DNA of 64,000 nucleotides from Vulcanimicrobiota bacterium (GCA_963812155.1 CAWETW010000002.1:1-64000); one strand, 5' to 3'; positions 53,957-64,000 are shown, counted from the first letter of the stretch. Numbers and translations: made by a program. The notes: generated by a model not told the origin, from the letters alone.

Positions 53957-54889
53957 TCAGTCCGTAACCAGCGGCGGGGGCGGCTCCGGCAGGCGCATCG
54001 TCGCGCCGGCGAACGCGCCGCGAAGAAACGCCCAGGACGTCCTCAGATGCGCGCGGCTTTCGAACGCGCAGATCGCAACGTACGCGGCGACGGTCAACGG
54101 GAAGAACACCGCAAAGAACGCCGCACGCTGCCCGGGGCTCGCGTGGCGGCGCGCCAGCAGAGCGCGCGAGCGCGCGTGAAAATACGCGCGCGCCGGATCG
54201 TCGATCGAGAAATCTCCGGAACCGATCAGCGGGCGCCGCTTCGGAGCCGGCGTCTTGTGCCATTCGCGCGCGTCGCGGGCGACGTAACTCTTGAAGCCGA
54301 TCGCCGCCGCTCGAAACGACCAATCGGCCTCCTCGTGGTGAAACGGAAAGACTGCAACGTCTTGGCCGCCGATCGAGCGTAACACGCTGCGCCGAACCAT
54401 GTAACAGTTAGGCGCGCAGGCGGTTTCGACCGACGCATCGTGCGGTATCTCGGTGAAGAACCGCGTCAATCCCGTGACCATGCCGACCTCGCATCCGGCA
54501 AACCAGACGCGCTCCGGTTCGTCGTAGAAATACATCACCGGAGCGACCAGGGCGGCGTCCGGAAGATTTTGCATTGCGTCGCGCAGCGCCCGCAGGCAAT
54601 GCCCGTCGACGACGTTGTCGTCGGCGGTCGCGTAGACGTACTCGCTGGTCGCGGTCGCAATTCCCTGATTTACGGCGTGCGAACCCATGTAGTTTTCGGC
54701 GTTGGCGATCGTGCGTACGCTGGGAAAGTCGCGTGCCAGCATCTCGACGGTGCCGTCGCGCGAGGCATTGTCGACGACGATGACCTCGTCCGGCAACAGA
54801 TCGCCGCGATAGATCGACTCGAGCAAGCTTTTCACTTGGTCGCGCCGGTTGTAGGACACGACGACCACGCTCACCGATGGTGCGCTCAT
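53957..54889 (-). CDS. GT2 family glycosyltransferase
   Basis: VSVVVVSYN, VIVVDNASRDGT, ADDN, HEEADW. Confidence 0.92.
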   Translation of the reverse strand: MSAPSVSVVVVSYNRRDQVKSLLESIYRGDLLPDEVIVVDNASRDGTVEMLARDFPSVRTIANAENYMGSHAVNQGIATATSEYVYATADDNVVDGHCLRALRDAMQNLPDAALVAPVMYFYDEPERVWFAGCEVGMVTGLTRFFTEIPHDASVETACAPNCYMVRRSVLRSIGGQDVAVFPFHHEEADWSFRAAAIGFKSYVARDAREWHKTPAPKRRPLIGSGDFSIDDPARAYFHARSRALLARRHASPGQRAAFFAVFFPLTVAAYVAICAFESRAHLRTSWAFLRGAFAGATMRLPEPPPPLVTD

Positions 54890-57800
54890 GCGATTCCGGC
54901 GCGCTCGGTGACGGAAGCGCGCGTGCCGCGCGGTTCGTAGAGCGTCGCTGCGATCACCACCAGGCACGCGACCGCCAAACCCAACGAAACGGCAATTCCG
55001 AATTCGAAGGAGCGTTGCGGCCAGAACGTGAGCACGACGTCCCCGGCCGCGGGGTCGGCGATGCGCCACACATTGGCATACCCATTGGCGATTGCGTGCG
55101 GCAGCACGACGCCGTTTTGCGTCGCCGTCCAGCGGTCGTCGAACGAGTCGGTAAAGATGAGATAGCGGCCGGTCGCGTTCAGACGTAACGTTCCCGGCCC
55201 CTCGCCGGCGATGCCGACCGCACCGCCGGCACGAAATGCCGGCGCCGCAAACGCTGCCGCGGCAACGATTAGCGACTGCACCCCGCTTCCGATCTTCCCT
55301 TGGACGGGAGCGTTACAGTACTGCAGCCCGATCACGTGCGCACCACGGCGCAAGGGCACGTGGGCCAGGCGAATGAGGCGAACGGTCTCGTCGACTCGGC
55401 CGCCGGCCGGCGAACAGCGGCCCATCGCGCCGTCGACCGAGGCGCGCAGCGAGAGTTGACGCCGGACGTCCTGCATGCGCGCGACGACGTCGTATGCGCC
55501 GCTCCGCGGGACGTTCACCCTCGCGAATACCGGCGCGCGGGAAGGGGTTGGCCTGAAGATCACGCGATCGCGGTTGCCTCCGAAGTAAAATCCGTCCCAA
55601 CGATTTCCCGACACGGTGAGATACTGCGGAACGGCGGTTTGCGCGTGCGCGTACAGCCATCTGACGGCGCCGACGTACATCCGAACGTCGCGGTTCTGCT
55701 TGTTGACCGAGGCGATGCGCACGTACCGGAACGTTCCGAGATCGGGCCGCCCGACACCCCCGAAGTCTGCGAAGTTCAGCGCAACGTCTTGCACCGGGCC
55801 GCTGAAATCGATGGTCGCCTGTAGAAAGTTGAGTTCGTCGGGCGCGTACAGCTGCACGTAGACGCGCCGCGGTGCGGTCGAATACATCCGCAGCGCAATG
55901 CCGGTGACACCGGCGGGTCTGGGCGGAAGCCCGAACATTTCGACGTCCTGGGCGCGCGCCGGAACGTTGGCGTAAAATCCGCGACCGCCGTCGAGCGACT
56001 CGAGGTCGACGTTCGACGGCTGGATATCCAGAACGAGCCCCGGCGCGCGATCGGTGCGGAACGTTTCCGACGTGACGATCTGTTCGGAGCTCGCGCTGGT
56101 AACGCCGGTCGCGACGGTGGCCGGGCGAGCGCACGATGCAGCCGCCGGGGCGAGCGCGAGCACGTCGTACGGATCGGCTTGCGACGGAACCCCGAAGACG
56201 CAATCGGCAGCGTAAGCGCGCGCGACCGGCGCGTCGAAGCGCCACGTCGAGCGATCGTCGTACGATCCGGCGAGCGTTTCCAGACCCGTCGCCCGCAATG
56301 CCGATTCGAGATACTTCCTGTCGCCGTTGGTCTTCAGGCGGATGCCGGCGGTCGGCGTGCCGATATGATGCACGACGACGCGTCCGACACCCGCCATCTT
56401 CAATAACATCGATTGCGTGGCCGGGTCCGCACCGTCGGGAACGAACTCGTCGAGCGCTTTGACCAACTCCTGGGTCCGGTCGTAGGGGGTCCATTTCTGT
56501 CCGGCGCCGAGCGACATGCCGGGAAGGAAGCGCACCTGTGGATCGTCGGATCCCTCGAAATAGTAGTCGAAGATGCCTGGATGAAAATAGAAGCTCGGCG
56601 AGTTTGGGACGAACAGCGTTCGGTACTCGTCGCCGTTTACGGCGGTCTGTGCGACTTCGGCACGCTCGCCTTGCGATTCGCCGAACGGACCGATGAGTCC
56701 GAAGAAATTACCGTGCACGAAAAATCCCTGCCCATACGCGGCCAGGACGAACACGCCCGCAACGATGGCCGCGCTCGAAAAACGCTCCGGCACGTTCCGC
56801 ACGGCGAGATAGACCAGGGCCGGCAGCACGAGCGCCATGACGAACATCAGATGTTGAGGCGTTCGCAGAAACAGGCTGTACGGCAACAGCGCGCGGAAAA
56901 CCGCGATGATCGCCGGACCCAAGAACCGGTTTCCGCCGAGCGGCACGATTGCGGTCAATGCAAACAAGATGCCGAGAACGATCAGTAGCGGCGTCCGGCG
57001 GCGCGCATACGCCGTGGCGACGGTCGCCAGCAGCACGGCGCACGCCGCGAAAAACAGCGCCGCGCCGCGATCGAGCGCATGCAAATAGAACTCGCCCGGG
57101 AAGGCGAGCATCGTCACGGTCAGCAGCGGGTTGGAGAACTGACCGAAGGTGGCGATCGCGGTATCGATCGGCGACGTCTGCACGACGGTGTGCACGGCCC
57201 CGCCTGCCAGCAGCGCGGGTAACAACCAAAACGCACACAGTGCGACCGAGACCGCGGTCAGAACGCCTAAGCGGATTGCGGTCACCTTCGACCACGACGT
57301 CGCCAAGCAGATCGCCCACATAACGCCCAACGTAAAGACGAAGACTTGGACCGACGCGACGATGATGCCCATCAGCAGCGCCGCGCCCAACGCTTGGGCG
57401 AGCCAGCGGCGTTCGTGCTCGGCTATGCAACGCAACGCCAGCGCGATGACGATCGGACTGAGTGCGTCGGAGATGAGCGCACTCTGATCGCCGGCAACGA
57501 TTTGATTGTACGCGTAGGGCGCGAGGGCATAGAGTAGCCCGCCGAGCGTGGCGAACGCGCCGTCGCGCGGATGCGGATCCTCGCGCGTCAGCGTGAGCAG
57601 CAAGTAACGCATCCCGATCGCCGAGAGAAAGACGCTCGCGACGACGAGGCCTTTGGTCACGAAGCCGCCGCTCAATCCGAGGTATCCCGGTACGCCGAAG
57701 AGCAGACTCGTCAGCACCGTCGCATAGCGATATGTGACGTACGATCCGAAATCGTAATCTTGCCACGCCGATCCGTCGGTCAGGGCGAAGCGTCGCAATT

Positions 57801-57951
57801 CGGACGGGTCGCCGGGAATCATCCAGTCCCAGTGGTGTCCGATCGTGCCCGGCGCAAGCAAAACCGGCGCCACTGCGGCGAGCGCTACGATCGCATAAAT
57901 GCCGACGGCGACGTTCCAGCGCGAAAGACGGGAAGTGACCGCCGCGAACAT
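54886..57951 (-). CDS. Large GT-C-like (AftD/YfhO-like) membrane protein with extracytoplasmic domains, 1021 aa
   Basis: About 12 N-terminal TMs (GHHWDW loop, GLLYALAPY), large soluble beta-rich region, FTDSFDDRW...ANGYANVW and a C-terminal TM. Confidence 0.65.
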   Translation of the reverse strand: MFAAVTSRLSRWNVAVGIYAIVALAAVAPVLLAPGTIGHHWDWMIPGDPSELRRFALTDGSAWQDYDFGSYVTYRYATVLTSLLFGVPGYLGLSGGFVTKGLVVASVFLSAIGMRYLLLTLTREDPHPRDGAFATLGGLLYALAPYAYNQIVAGDQSALISDALSPIVIALALRCIAEHERRWLAQALGAALLMGIIVASVQVFVFTLGVMWAICLATSWSKVTAIRLGVLTAVSVALCAFWLLPALLAGGAVHTVVQTSPIDTAIATFGQFSNPLLTVTMLAFPGEFYLHALDRGAALFFAACAVLLATVATAYARRRTPLLIVLGILFALTAIVPLGGNRFLGPAIIAVFRALLPYSLFLRTPQHLMFVMALVLPALVYLAVRNVPERFSSAAIVAGVFVLAAYGQGFFVHGNFFGLIGPFGESQGERAEVAQTAVNGDEYRTLFVPNSPSFYFHPGIFDYYFEGSDDPQVRFLPGMSLGAGQKWTPYDRTQELVKALDEFVPDGADPATQSMLLKMAGVGRVVVHHIGTPTAGIRLKTNGDRKYLESALRATGLETLAGSYDDRSTWRFDAPVARAYAADCVFGVPSQADPYDVLALAPAAASCARPATVATGVTSASSEQIVTSETFRTDRAPGLVLDIQPSNVDLESLDGGRGFYANVPARAQDVEMFGLPPRPAGVTGIALRMYSTAPRRVYVQLYAPDELNFLQATIDFSGPVQDVALNFADFGGVGRPDLGTFRYVRIASVNKQNRDVRMYVGAVRWLYAHAQTAVPQYLTVSGNRWDGFYFGGNRDRVIFRPTPSRAPVFARVNVPRSGAYDVVARMQDVRRQLSLRASVDGAMGRCSPAGGRVDETVRLIRLAHVPLRRGAHVIGLQYCNAPVQGKIGSGVQSLIVAAAAFAAPAFRAGGAVGIAGEGPGTLRLNATGRYLIFTDSFDDRWTATQNGVVLPHAIANGYANVWRIADPAAGDVVLTFWPQRSFEFGIAVSLGLAVACLVVIAATLYEPRGTRASVTERAGIA

Positions 57952-58013
57952 CCGCCCGCAGGTTGGCCAGCCGCGGAGGCCTTCCCTCCCACGCTTACAA
58001 TAAGGCGAAATTG

Positions 58014-58556
58014 ATGACGATTGTCCTCTGCAGGCACGGCGCTACCGACGGCAATGCCGCGGGCGCGATACTCTCGCGAAACGATCCGTCGCTCAACCGC
58101 CTCGGCCGCGAACAAAGCGAGCGCGCGCACGCCGCACTCGCAGGCTTTTCGTTCGATCGCGCGTTGAGCAGCCCGATGCGGCGCTGCATCGAAACGCTCG
58201 AAATCGTGGCACCGCGGCTTGCCCACCGCTGCGACGAACGCCTGCGCGAAGTCGACTTCGGAACGTGGGAGGGACGTACGGCCGAGTGGCTCGAGATCAA
58301 CGATTCCGCCGGACTTGCCCGCCGCCGGCACGATCCGGTACGCTTCCGTCCGCCCGGCGGCGAGAGCTTCGCCGACAAATCGGTGCATCTGCGGCCGTTT
58401 GCCGCCGAACTGCTGCAACTCGACGTTGCTCACGTGCTGGTCGTCGCGCATCGCGGTACGCTCGGCGTGCTCGAACGCATCCTGCGCGATCTTCCGCTCG
58501 AGTCGCAGGACGTTACGCCGCTCGAACCCGGCGAATTCCACATCCTTCGTCTTTAG
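58014..58556 (+). CDS. Histidine phosphatase family protein
   Basis: LCRHGAT, SSPMRRCIET, LREVDFGTWEG, PGGES, VVAH. Confidence 0.92.
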   Translation: MTIVLCRHGATDGNAAGAILSRNDPSLNRLGREQSERAHAALAGFSFDRALSSPMRRCIETLEIVAPRLAHRCDERLREVDFGTWEGRTAEWLEINDSAGLARRRHDPVRFRPPGGESFADKSVHLRPFAAELLQLDVAHVLVVAHRGTLGVLERILRDLPLESQDVTPLEPGEFHILRL

Positions 58557-58622
58557 CCACTGTCGGCATCGACACACCCATTATTTGTTTAGCTTTTCGC
58601 CGATGCGGGCAAGGCATTCGGT

Positions 58623-58765
58623 TTAGCGGGGTTCTTTGAGAAGTCTCCGACTTTTTCGCAATGCGGCCTGGAGGGCCGCAACTTCCTTTGAACGTTGCGA
58701 AAAAGCGGTGAAGCAGGAGCGGCCTGGATGGCCGCGACGAGCGTCTTCGAAAGGAACCCCGCTAA
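58623..58765. mobile_element. MITE-like element with 12-bp terminal inverted repeats and nested hairpins
   Basis: TTAGCGGGGTTC...GAACCCCGCTAA ends; internal CTTTTTCGCAA/TTGCGAAAAAG stem; two GCGGCCTGGA(G/T)GGCCGC hairpins. Confidence 0.65.
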
Positions 58766-59760
58766 GACGAATGCTTCGCAAGCATCGTCGTTCCCAGGCG
58801 GCGCTCCCCGTCGGGATACTCGAAGGCTTCGCTCCAGTAACGCATCATCGTCACGCCGGCGCGATGCTTTCCCCGCAAGTCGGGAAGCGGTTTGCCCTCG
58901 TAACGGTCGAGCAGCAGCGTCGCGAAGTTGATGCCGGCGGCGGTCGTAAGAGCGAGAGTTCCCGAGAAGCGCGGATTCATTTCGATGATGGAAAACGTGC
59001 CGTCGTCGCGCAGCATGCCTTGAACGTTCGCCGGTCCGGCGATTCCCGATTTCGCCACGACGTCGCTCGCGATCGATTCGATGCGCGGATGATGGTACGT
59101 GCGGCCTTTCACGGAAACCCCGGCTTTGATCGCGATGCGCTCGCGCGGTACGGCCGCGACGACGCGCCCCGGCTCGGCGGCGAAGCAATCGACGGTAAAC
59201 TCCTTACCGTCGACCGCCTCCTGAACGATCAGGCCGGTGCGGCCGCGCGCCGCGTCGCGCAGGACGTCGAGGTTCGAAACGCGCTGTGTGCCGACCGAAC
59301 CCGAGCCGAGGCGCGGCTTCAGGTACGCCGGAAACCGGAGGTCCCTCAGATCGCTCTCGTACGCGAGGGTCTTGGGCGTTTCGATGCCGAGGCCGTCGAG
59401 GAACGCGGCGAACGCGAGCTTATCGCCGGCGGTCAGCACGATGTCGGGGGGCGGCGCGGCGAGCGTGCATCCTAACTCGGAAAGAGCGTCGCGCGCGCCG
59501 TCGAGCGGGAGAAATTCGCGCTCGACGATGATCGGCACGAACAGATCGATCCGCAGACGCTCTACGGCGGCGAGGCAGGCGTCGACGAAGCCGGGATCGG
59601 CGGCAAGCGGCACGCGCACGAATTCGTCCGCGAAGAACTTCGTCGCATTGAGATCGTCGACGTCAACAATGGCGACGAACGATGCGCGACCGTCTTCGCG
59701 CAGCGCTTTGATGAGGGATTGAGCCGTGACCGTTCCGCCGGCAGAAATTAGAATCCTCAT
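58762..59760 (-). CDS. ATP-grasp protein (CarB-like, polysaccharide-locus type)
   Basis: DKLAF, YLKPRLGSGS, IVQE, EFTVD, IEMNPRFSG. Confidence 0.88.
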   Translation of the reverse strand: MRILISAGGTVTAQSLIKALREDGRASFVAIVDVDDLNATKFFADEFVRVPLAADPGFVDACLAAVERLRIDLFVPIIVEREFLPLDGARDALSELGCTLAAPPPDIVLTAGDKLAFAAFLDGLGIETPKTLAYESDLRDLRFPAYLKPRLGSGSVGTQRVSNLDVLRDAARGRTGLIVQEAVDGKEFTVDCFAAEPGRVVAAVPRERIAIKAGVSVKGRTYHHPRIESIASDVVAKSGIAGPANVQGMLRDDGTFSIIEMNPRFSGTLALTTAAGINFATLLLDRYEGKPLPDLRGKHRAGVTMMRYWSEAFEYPDGERRLGTTMLAKHSS

Positions 59761-59769
59761 CGCGTCGAA

Positions 59770-60762
59770 TCAGTAGTGCATGACGTCCCAGCGCTGGGGA
59801 TGTTCGCGCAACCAGCTCCACTCGCGCGCCATCCCGTCGCGCAGCGTCGTCTGGAGACGAACGCCGAGGAGCCGTCCGGTCTTGGCGGGCGAGAGATGCA
59901 TCACGCCGAGTTCGGCCGGCAGACGCATGCGTCCGTCGACGAGTTCCGAACGTTCGCCGGGCGCGACGTTTTCACGCAGGGGTTTCGCGTCGATCCCGGT
60001 GACGTCGCAGACGAGATCGGCCAAGTCCGCAATCGACGTCGCGACTCCGGTTCCGGCGTTGAACGAGTGGGCTCCCGTCAAGGCCGTCTCCATGCATGCC
60101 CGATGGACCGCCACGACGTCGTCGACGTAGACGAAGTCGCGCAGTTGATCGCCGGCGCCGAATACCACCGGCGGGCGCCCCTCCAGCGCACGCTTCAGAA
60201 AGATCGTCAGCACTCGTCCGTACCATTCGCGCGGGCCGTAGACGATGCCGTAGCGCAGCGAGAACACCGGAAATCCGTAATCGTTCGAAAAGACTTGCGC
60301 GTACTTTTCGGCGGCCAGTTTGCTGACGCCGTACGACCAGTTGGGATCGTGCGGTCCTTCTTCGAGGCTCGGCGGAGCGACGGCTTGACCGTAGATGCAC
60401 GCCGACGATGCATTGATCGTTCGCTCGACTCCGGCCAGCCGCGCGGCTTCCAAGACGTTGAGCGTGCCGATGAGATTCGTGCGAAGATCGCCGATCGGAT
60501 CTTCCAAGCACTTGGTAATCTCGAGTTGCGCCGCCTGATGTGAAACGACGTCCTTACCGCGCGCGGCAGCGACGATCGCATCGCGATCGAGCACGTCGCC
60601 GGTCACGATCTCGACGTCGTCCGCGCGAAGATTTTCACGCAGACCGCTGGAAAAGTTATCGTACACCGTCACGCGGTGTCCGGCAGCGAGAAGATCGTCG
60701 ACGAGATGCGAGCCGATGAAGCCCGCGCCGCCGGTGATCAAAACCGACTTAGGGGACGCCAC
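59770..60762 (-). CDS. NAD-dependent nucleotide-sugar epimerase/dehydratase
   Basis: ITGGAGFIGSH, YGVSK, YGPR, RDFVYVDD. Confidence 0.93.
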   Translation of the reverse strand: MASPKSVLITGGAGFIGSHLVDDLLAAGHRVTVYDNFSSGLRENLRADDVEIVTGDVLDRDAIVAAARGKDVVSHQAAQLEITKCLEDPIGDLRTNLIGTLNVLEAARLAGVERTINASSACIYGQAVAPPSLEEGPHDPNWSYGVSKLAAEKYAQVFSNDYGFPVFSLRYGIVYGPREWYGRVLTIFLKRALEGRPPVVFGAGDQLRDFVYVDDVVAVHRACMETALTGAHSFNAGTGVATSIADLADLVCDVTGIDAKPLRENVAPGERSELVDGRMRLPAELGVMHLSPAKTGRLLGVRLQTTLRDGMAREWSWLREHPQRWDVMHY

Positions 60763-60902
60763 ACTCTCCTCCGTGATGACTGAAGATTAGCGCGCGGGGA
60801 GTTCGCGCTGCGAAGCCCGGAGCCTGTAGCGGAACGTCGCACGCGACGTTAGTAGCAGGTCCGGCGCATGGTTGCGCCCTGCAGTTCCCGAAAGGGGCGA
60901 GC

Positions 60903-62015
60903 ATGAACGTTCCTTTCGTAGACCTCAAAGCGCAATACGCCTCGATCAAGCCCGAGATCGTTCCGGCAATCGACGACGTGTTGGAGAGCGCGCGCTTCAT
61001 CATGGGACCGCAGGTGGATCGCTTCGAGCGCGAGTTCGCGCGATTTAACGGCACGCGGCACTGCATCGGCGTCGAATCCGGGACGGCCGCGTTGAAGATT
61101 GCGCTCGAAGCGCTCGGGATCGGTACGGGCGACGAAGTCATCGTCCCCGCCAACACCTATATCGCGTCCGCGCTTGCCGTATCGGCGACCGGCGCAGCGC
61201 CGGTGCTGGTCGACATGGGCGAGGACTATCTCATCGACGCCGACGCCATCGAAGCCGCGATCACGCCGCGCACCAAGGCGCTGATGCCCGTGCATCTCTA
61301 CGGACAAGTCGTTCCGATGCAGCCGATTCTCGACGTCGCTCGCCGGCACGGGTTGCGCGTCGTCGAAGACGCATGTCAGTCGCACGGAGCGCGTTGGAAC
61401 GGACGGCGCGCCGGAAGCATCGGCGACATCGGGTGCTTTAGTTTCTACCCGGGCAAGAACTTAGGCTGCTACGGTGACGGCGGCGCGGTCGTGACGAACG
61501 ACGCCGCGATCGACGAGCGCATTCGCCTGCTGCGTGACTTCGGTCAAATGAAAAAGTACGAACACGCGATCAAAGGCGATAACAATCGTCTCGACTCGAT
61601 TCAGGCTGCGGTGCTCAACGTCAAACTCGCGCATCTCGATGCGTGGAACGAAGCGCGGCTCGCGAACGCGCGCCTGTACGACGAGGCGCTCGCTGCGGCC
61701 GGATTTCCGATACCAAAACGCATCGCCGACGAAGGTCACGTCTATCACTTGTACGTGACCGAGGTTTCCGACCGCGACGGCGTGCGCACGCGGCTGGCGC
61801 AGCACGGCGTGGAGAGCGGCATCCACTATCCGATTCCCATCCACTTGCAGCCGGCGTACGGCGAGTTGGCCTCGCAGAAGGGGCGCTTTCCGAAAACCGA
61901 GGCCGCCGCGCATCGCGTCTTGTCCTTGCCGATGTTTCCGGAAATGACCGCGGAGCAAGTCGAGTACGTGGTCGACTCGCTGCGCGCGGCCGTGCGTCCG
62001 ATGCAGCACGCGTGA
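60903..62015 (+). CDS. DegT/DnrJ/EryC1/StrS sugar aminotransferase
   Basis: VPFVDL, SGTAAL, PVHLYGQ, EDACQSHG, SFYPGKNLG. Confidence 0.95.
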   Translation: MNVPFVDLKAQYASIKPEIVPAIDDVLESARFIMGPQVDRFEREFARFNGTRHCIGVESGTAALKIALEALGIGTGDEVIVPANTYIASALAVSATGAAPVLVDMGEDYLIDADAIEAAITPRTKALMPVHLYGQVVPMQPILDVARRHGLRVVEDACQSHGARWNGRRAGSIGDIGCFSFYPGKNLGCYGDGGAVVTNDAAIDERIRLLRDFGQMKKYEHAIKGDNNRLDSIQAAVLNVKLAHLDAWNEARLANARLYDEALAAAGFPIPKRIADEGHVYHLYVTEVSDRDGVRTRLAQHGVESGIHYPIPIHLQPAYGELASQKGRFPKTEAAAHRVLSLPMFPEMTAEQVEYVVDSLRAAVRPMQHA

Positions 62016-63034
62016 GTGAACTCAACGTAGCAATTGCGGGCCTCGGATACTGGGGCCCGAACCTCGTCCGCAACTTCGCCACCTCCACGAACTGGAGCGT
62101 CACCTGGATCGTCGATCTCGACGAACGCCGGCGCGGGCACGTGCAGCGGCTGTTTCCGAATTGCCGGCCGACCGCCGATTTCGACGATGCCCTGAAGGAT
62201 CCGAACGTGGATTTGGTCGCGATTGCGACGCCGCCGCGGCTGCACTACGCCATGACGATGCAAGCGATCGATGCCGGAAAGCACGTGCTCGTAGAAAAAC
62301 CGCTCGCCGAAGAGGCCTCGCAGGCCAGGGAGCTGCTGGAAGCGGCGGCGCGGCGCGGCGTGCGGCTGTTCACCGATCATACGTTTCTCTACGCCGGCGC
62401 CGTCGAGGCGATGCGTCAAGCCTTCGTGGACGGCGACTTGGGCGAGATTTACTACGCGGAGTCGTCGCGCGTCAATCTCGGGCTGTTTCAGCAAACCAAC
62501 GTGATCTGGGACCTAGCGCCCCACGACGTCTCGATTCTCAATCACGTCTTCGGCGAGTTGCCCGAGGCGGTTGCGTGCTCGGCGACGGCCTACATCCATC
62601 CGCCGGTGTGGGACGTTGCATTCCTGCTCATGCGCTACGGCAGCGGACGGCTGGCGCACGTGCACTTGAGTTGGCTCTCGCCTGTCAAGGTGCGCCGCAT
62701 GATGCTCTCGGCCAGCAGCCGCATGACGGTGTGGGACGACGTCGATCCGTCCGAAAAGTTGCGCATCTATGACAAGGGCGTCGTGCGTAACCCGACCCAC
62801 GAGACGCTTTCGCAGCAGATGGTGAGTTATCGGCTCGGCGACGTGCGGATTCCGATTCTGGACGGGCGCGAACCCCTCGCCAAACTGGTCGACGACGTGC
62901 ACGCCGGCATCCGGGAGGGCGCCACGACGCGCGTCGGCGAGCGCGTCGGCTACGACGTCGTACGCTGCATTGAAGCCGCCTGCGCCTCGGTGGAAAAAGG
63001 CGGCGGCTGGGTCACCCTTCCGGCGGCGGAGTAG
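62012..63034 (+). CDS. Gfo/Idh/MocA oxidoreductase
   Basis: GTG overlapping the degT stop; GLGYWGPN, HVLVEKP, WDLAPHD. Confidence 0.92.
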   Translation: MSELNVAIAGLGYWGPNLVRNFATSTNWSVTWIVDLDERRRGHVQRLFPNCRPTADFDDALKDPNVDLVAIATPPRLHYAMTMQAIDAGKHVLVEKPLAEEASQARELLEAAARRGVRLFTDHTFLYAGAVEAMRQAFVDGDLGEIYYAESSRVNLGLFQQTNVIWDLAPHDVSILNHVFGELPEAVACSATAYIHPPVWDVAFLLMRYGSGRLAHVHLSWLSPVKVRRMMLSASSRMTVWDDVDPSEKLRIYDKGVVRNPTHETLSQQMVSYRLGDVRIPILDGREPLAKLVDDVHAGIREGATTRVGERVGYDVVRCIEAACASVEKGGGWVTLPAAE

Positions 63035-64000
63035 GGGCGCGCGACGCGTCGGTTCTACGGGCGAGCGCGATACTCGCGCCGAGAACCGCGAGCATTGTGA
63101 GAATGCCGGCGACCTGTAACAACGCCGGAACGTAGACGAGGCGGCGCGCCCCGCTCCCCGCGTCCCACGCCATCATCCAGCCGTTCGCGAGCCGCGGCGA
63201 AACCCAGCGCGTCCCGTCGACCGCGCGCCATCCCGCATCGTAGCCGGCGGCGAAGACGAACACCGGCTGCGGCGGCGCGTGCGCCTTCCGATCGCAGGCG
63301 CGGCCGGCGATTGCCGAAACGTCGCCCGCGTGCGGCAGAAAAGCGACGACCGGCGCGCGCCCGTCGAGCGCATATCGGTTCCACGAACCTCGCACCGCAA
63401 CGGTCGCATCGTCTTGGCGCAGACGACCGCCGCGCGGCTGTGCACCGGCCAGTACGCAACTGCCGGGCGGCGTGCGAAAAGCGAGCGGAACGTGCGACGT
63501 CGTCCACACGAACGGATAGATGCTGTCGGGAAGCCACGCGGCGTAACGCCATCCGAGTTTTCCCGAAACCCAGCCGCGTCGAGGATCGGGACTCTCGCGT
63601 GACGCGCGCAGTTGAATTTGCGGCTGCGGCGATGCGATTGCGACCTCGAAGGGACGCAGTTCGGAGTAGCGCAACGGGCTTTCGCCGGCGCCGGCCGCGT
63701 AAGTAAACCCGTTATTGCGCGGGAGTTCGTAGACGCTGGAGAGAGCCGTCCGGCGCAAGGGCCGCAACACGCGCGCGCGCGCCGCAACGCGCTCGAGCCG
63801 TTCGTCGCCGAGCCCAACGAACGCCATCGGCACATTGATGCCGAAGCTTCCCCAGCCGCGCGACCGCACGTACCGTCGAAAAACGAAATACCGGACGTTC
63901 AGCTGGGCAAACGCGTTCCAATCCGGGGCACCCATACGCAGCATCGCGAGCGCATAGGCAAGTTGCGGATTCTGATAGTCGTCGCTAACCGACGGATTCG
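63012..64000 (-). CDS. C-terminal part of a large membrane protein, probably paralogous to 54886-57951 (5' end outside the window)
   Basis: LNVRYFV, FAAGYDAGW...ANGWMMAW and a C-terminal TM echo the ending of the 1021-aa protein. Confidence 0.65.
   Translation of the reverse strand, partial: NPSVSDDYQNPQLAYALAMLRMGAPDWNAFAQLNVRYFVFRRYVRSRGWGSFGINVPMAFVGLGDERLERVAARARVLRPLRRTALSSVYELPRNNGFTYAAGAGESPLRYSELRPFEVAIASPQPQIQLRASRESPDPRRGWVSGKLGWRYAAWLPDSIYPFVWTTSHVPLAFRTPPGSCVLAGAQPRGGRLRQDDATVAVRGSWNRYALDGRAPVVAFLPHAGDVSAIAGRACDRKAHAPPQPVFVFAAGYDAGWRAVDGTRWVSPRLANGWMMAWDAGSGARRLVYVPALLQVAGILTMLAVLGASIALARRTDASRAPTPPPEG

Noticed and set aside
58563..58610. Weak stem (GCATCG/CGATGC) around an AT-rich loop after the histidine phosphatase gene
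   Set aside because: The pairing is too short to call a terminator or ncRNA.

Overview
GC-rich bacterial chromosomal window with Firmicute-like gene order (truA-rplM-rpsI, greA-lysS, divergent lexA/yneA with GAAC-N4-GTTC boxes) plus an outer-membrane TonB-receptor-like gene. This mix suggests a diderm Terrabacteria lineage such as Ca. Eremiobacterota, which is inference only. Many genes, including normally essential ones (lysS, coaX, sucD), are split by single frameshifts, most likely long-read indel errors. Contents in order: (1) a miniaturised flagellar basal-body/export cluster in which FliF carries only a FliG-middle-like domain and no separate fliG follows; (2) ribosomal and housekeeping genes; (3) a four-gene module of class-III aminotransferase, START/SRPBCC protein, acyl-ACP-reductase-like protein and an unknown protein, resembling a split TamH/PigE fatty-amine pathway; (4) CoA synthesis genes, lexA/yneA, a TonB-like receptor, sucCD and acyl-CoA metabolism genes; (5) kamDE embedded among nucleotide-sugar genes; (6) an ECF sigma operon; (7) a sulfatase/FGE accessory block; (8) a surface-glycosylation locus. 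Non-coding elements include a MarR operator palindrome, SOS boxes, a REP-like cluster, a 143-bp MITE-like element and a recurrent (A)GG-N17-CGAA promoter-like motif. No rRNA, tRNA, CRISPR array or transposase was recognised. All product calls come from motif recognition by eye, not database searches.
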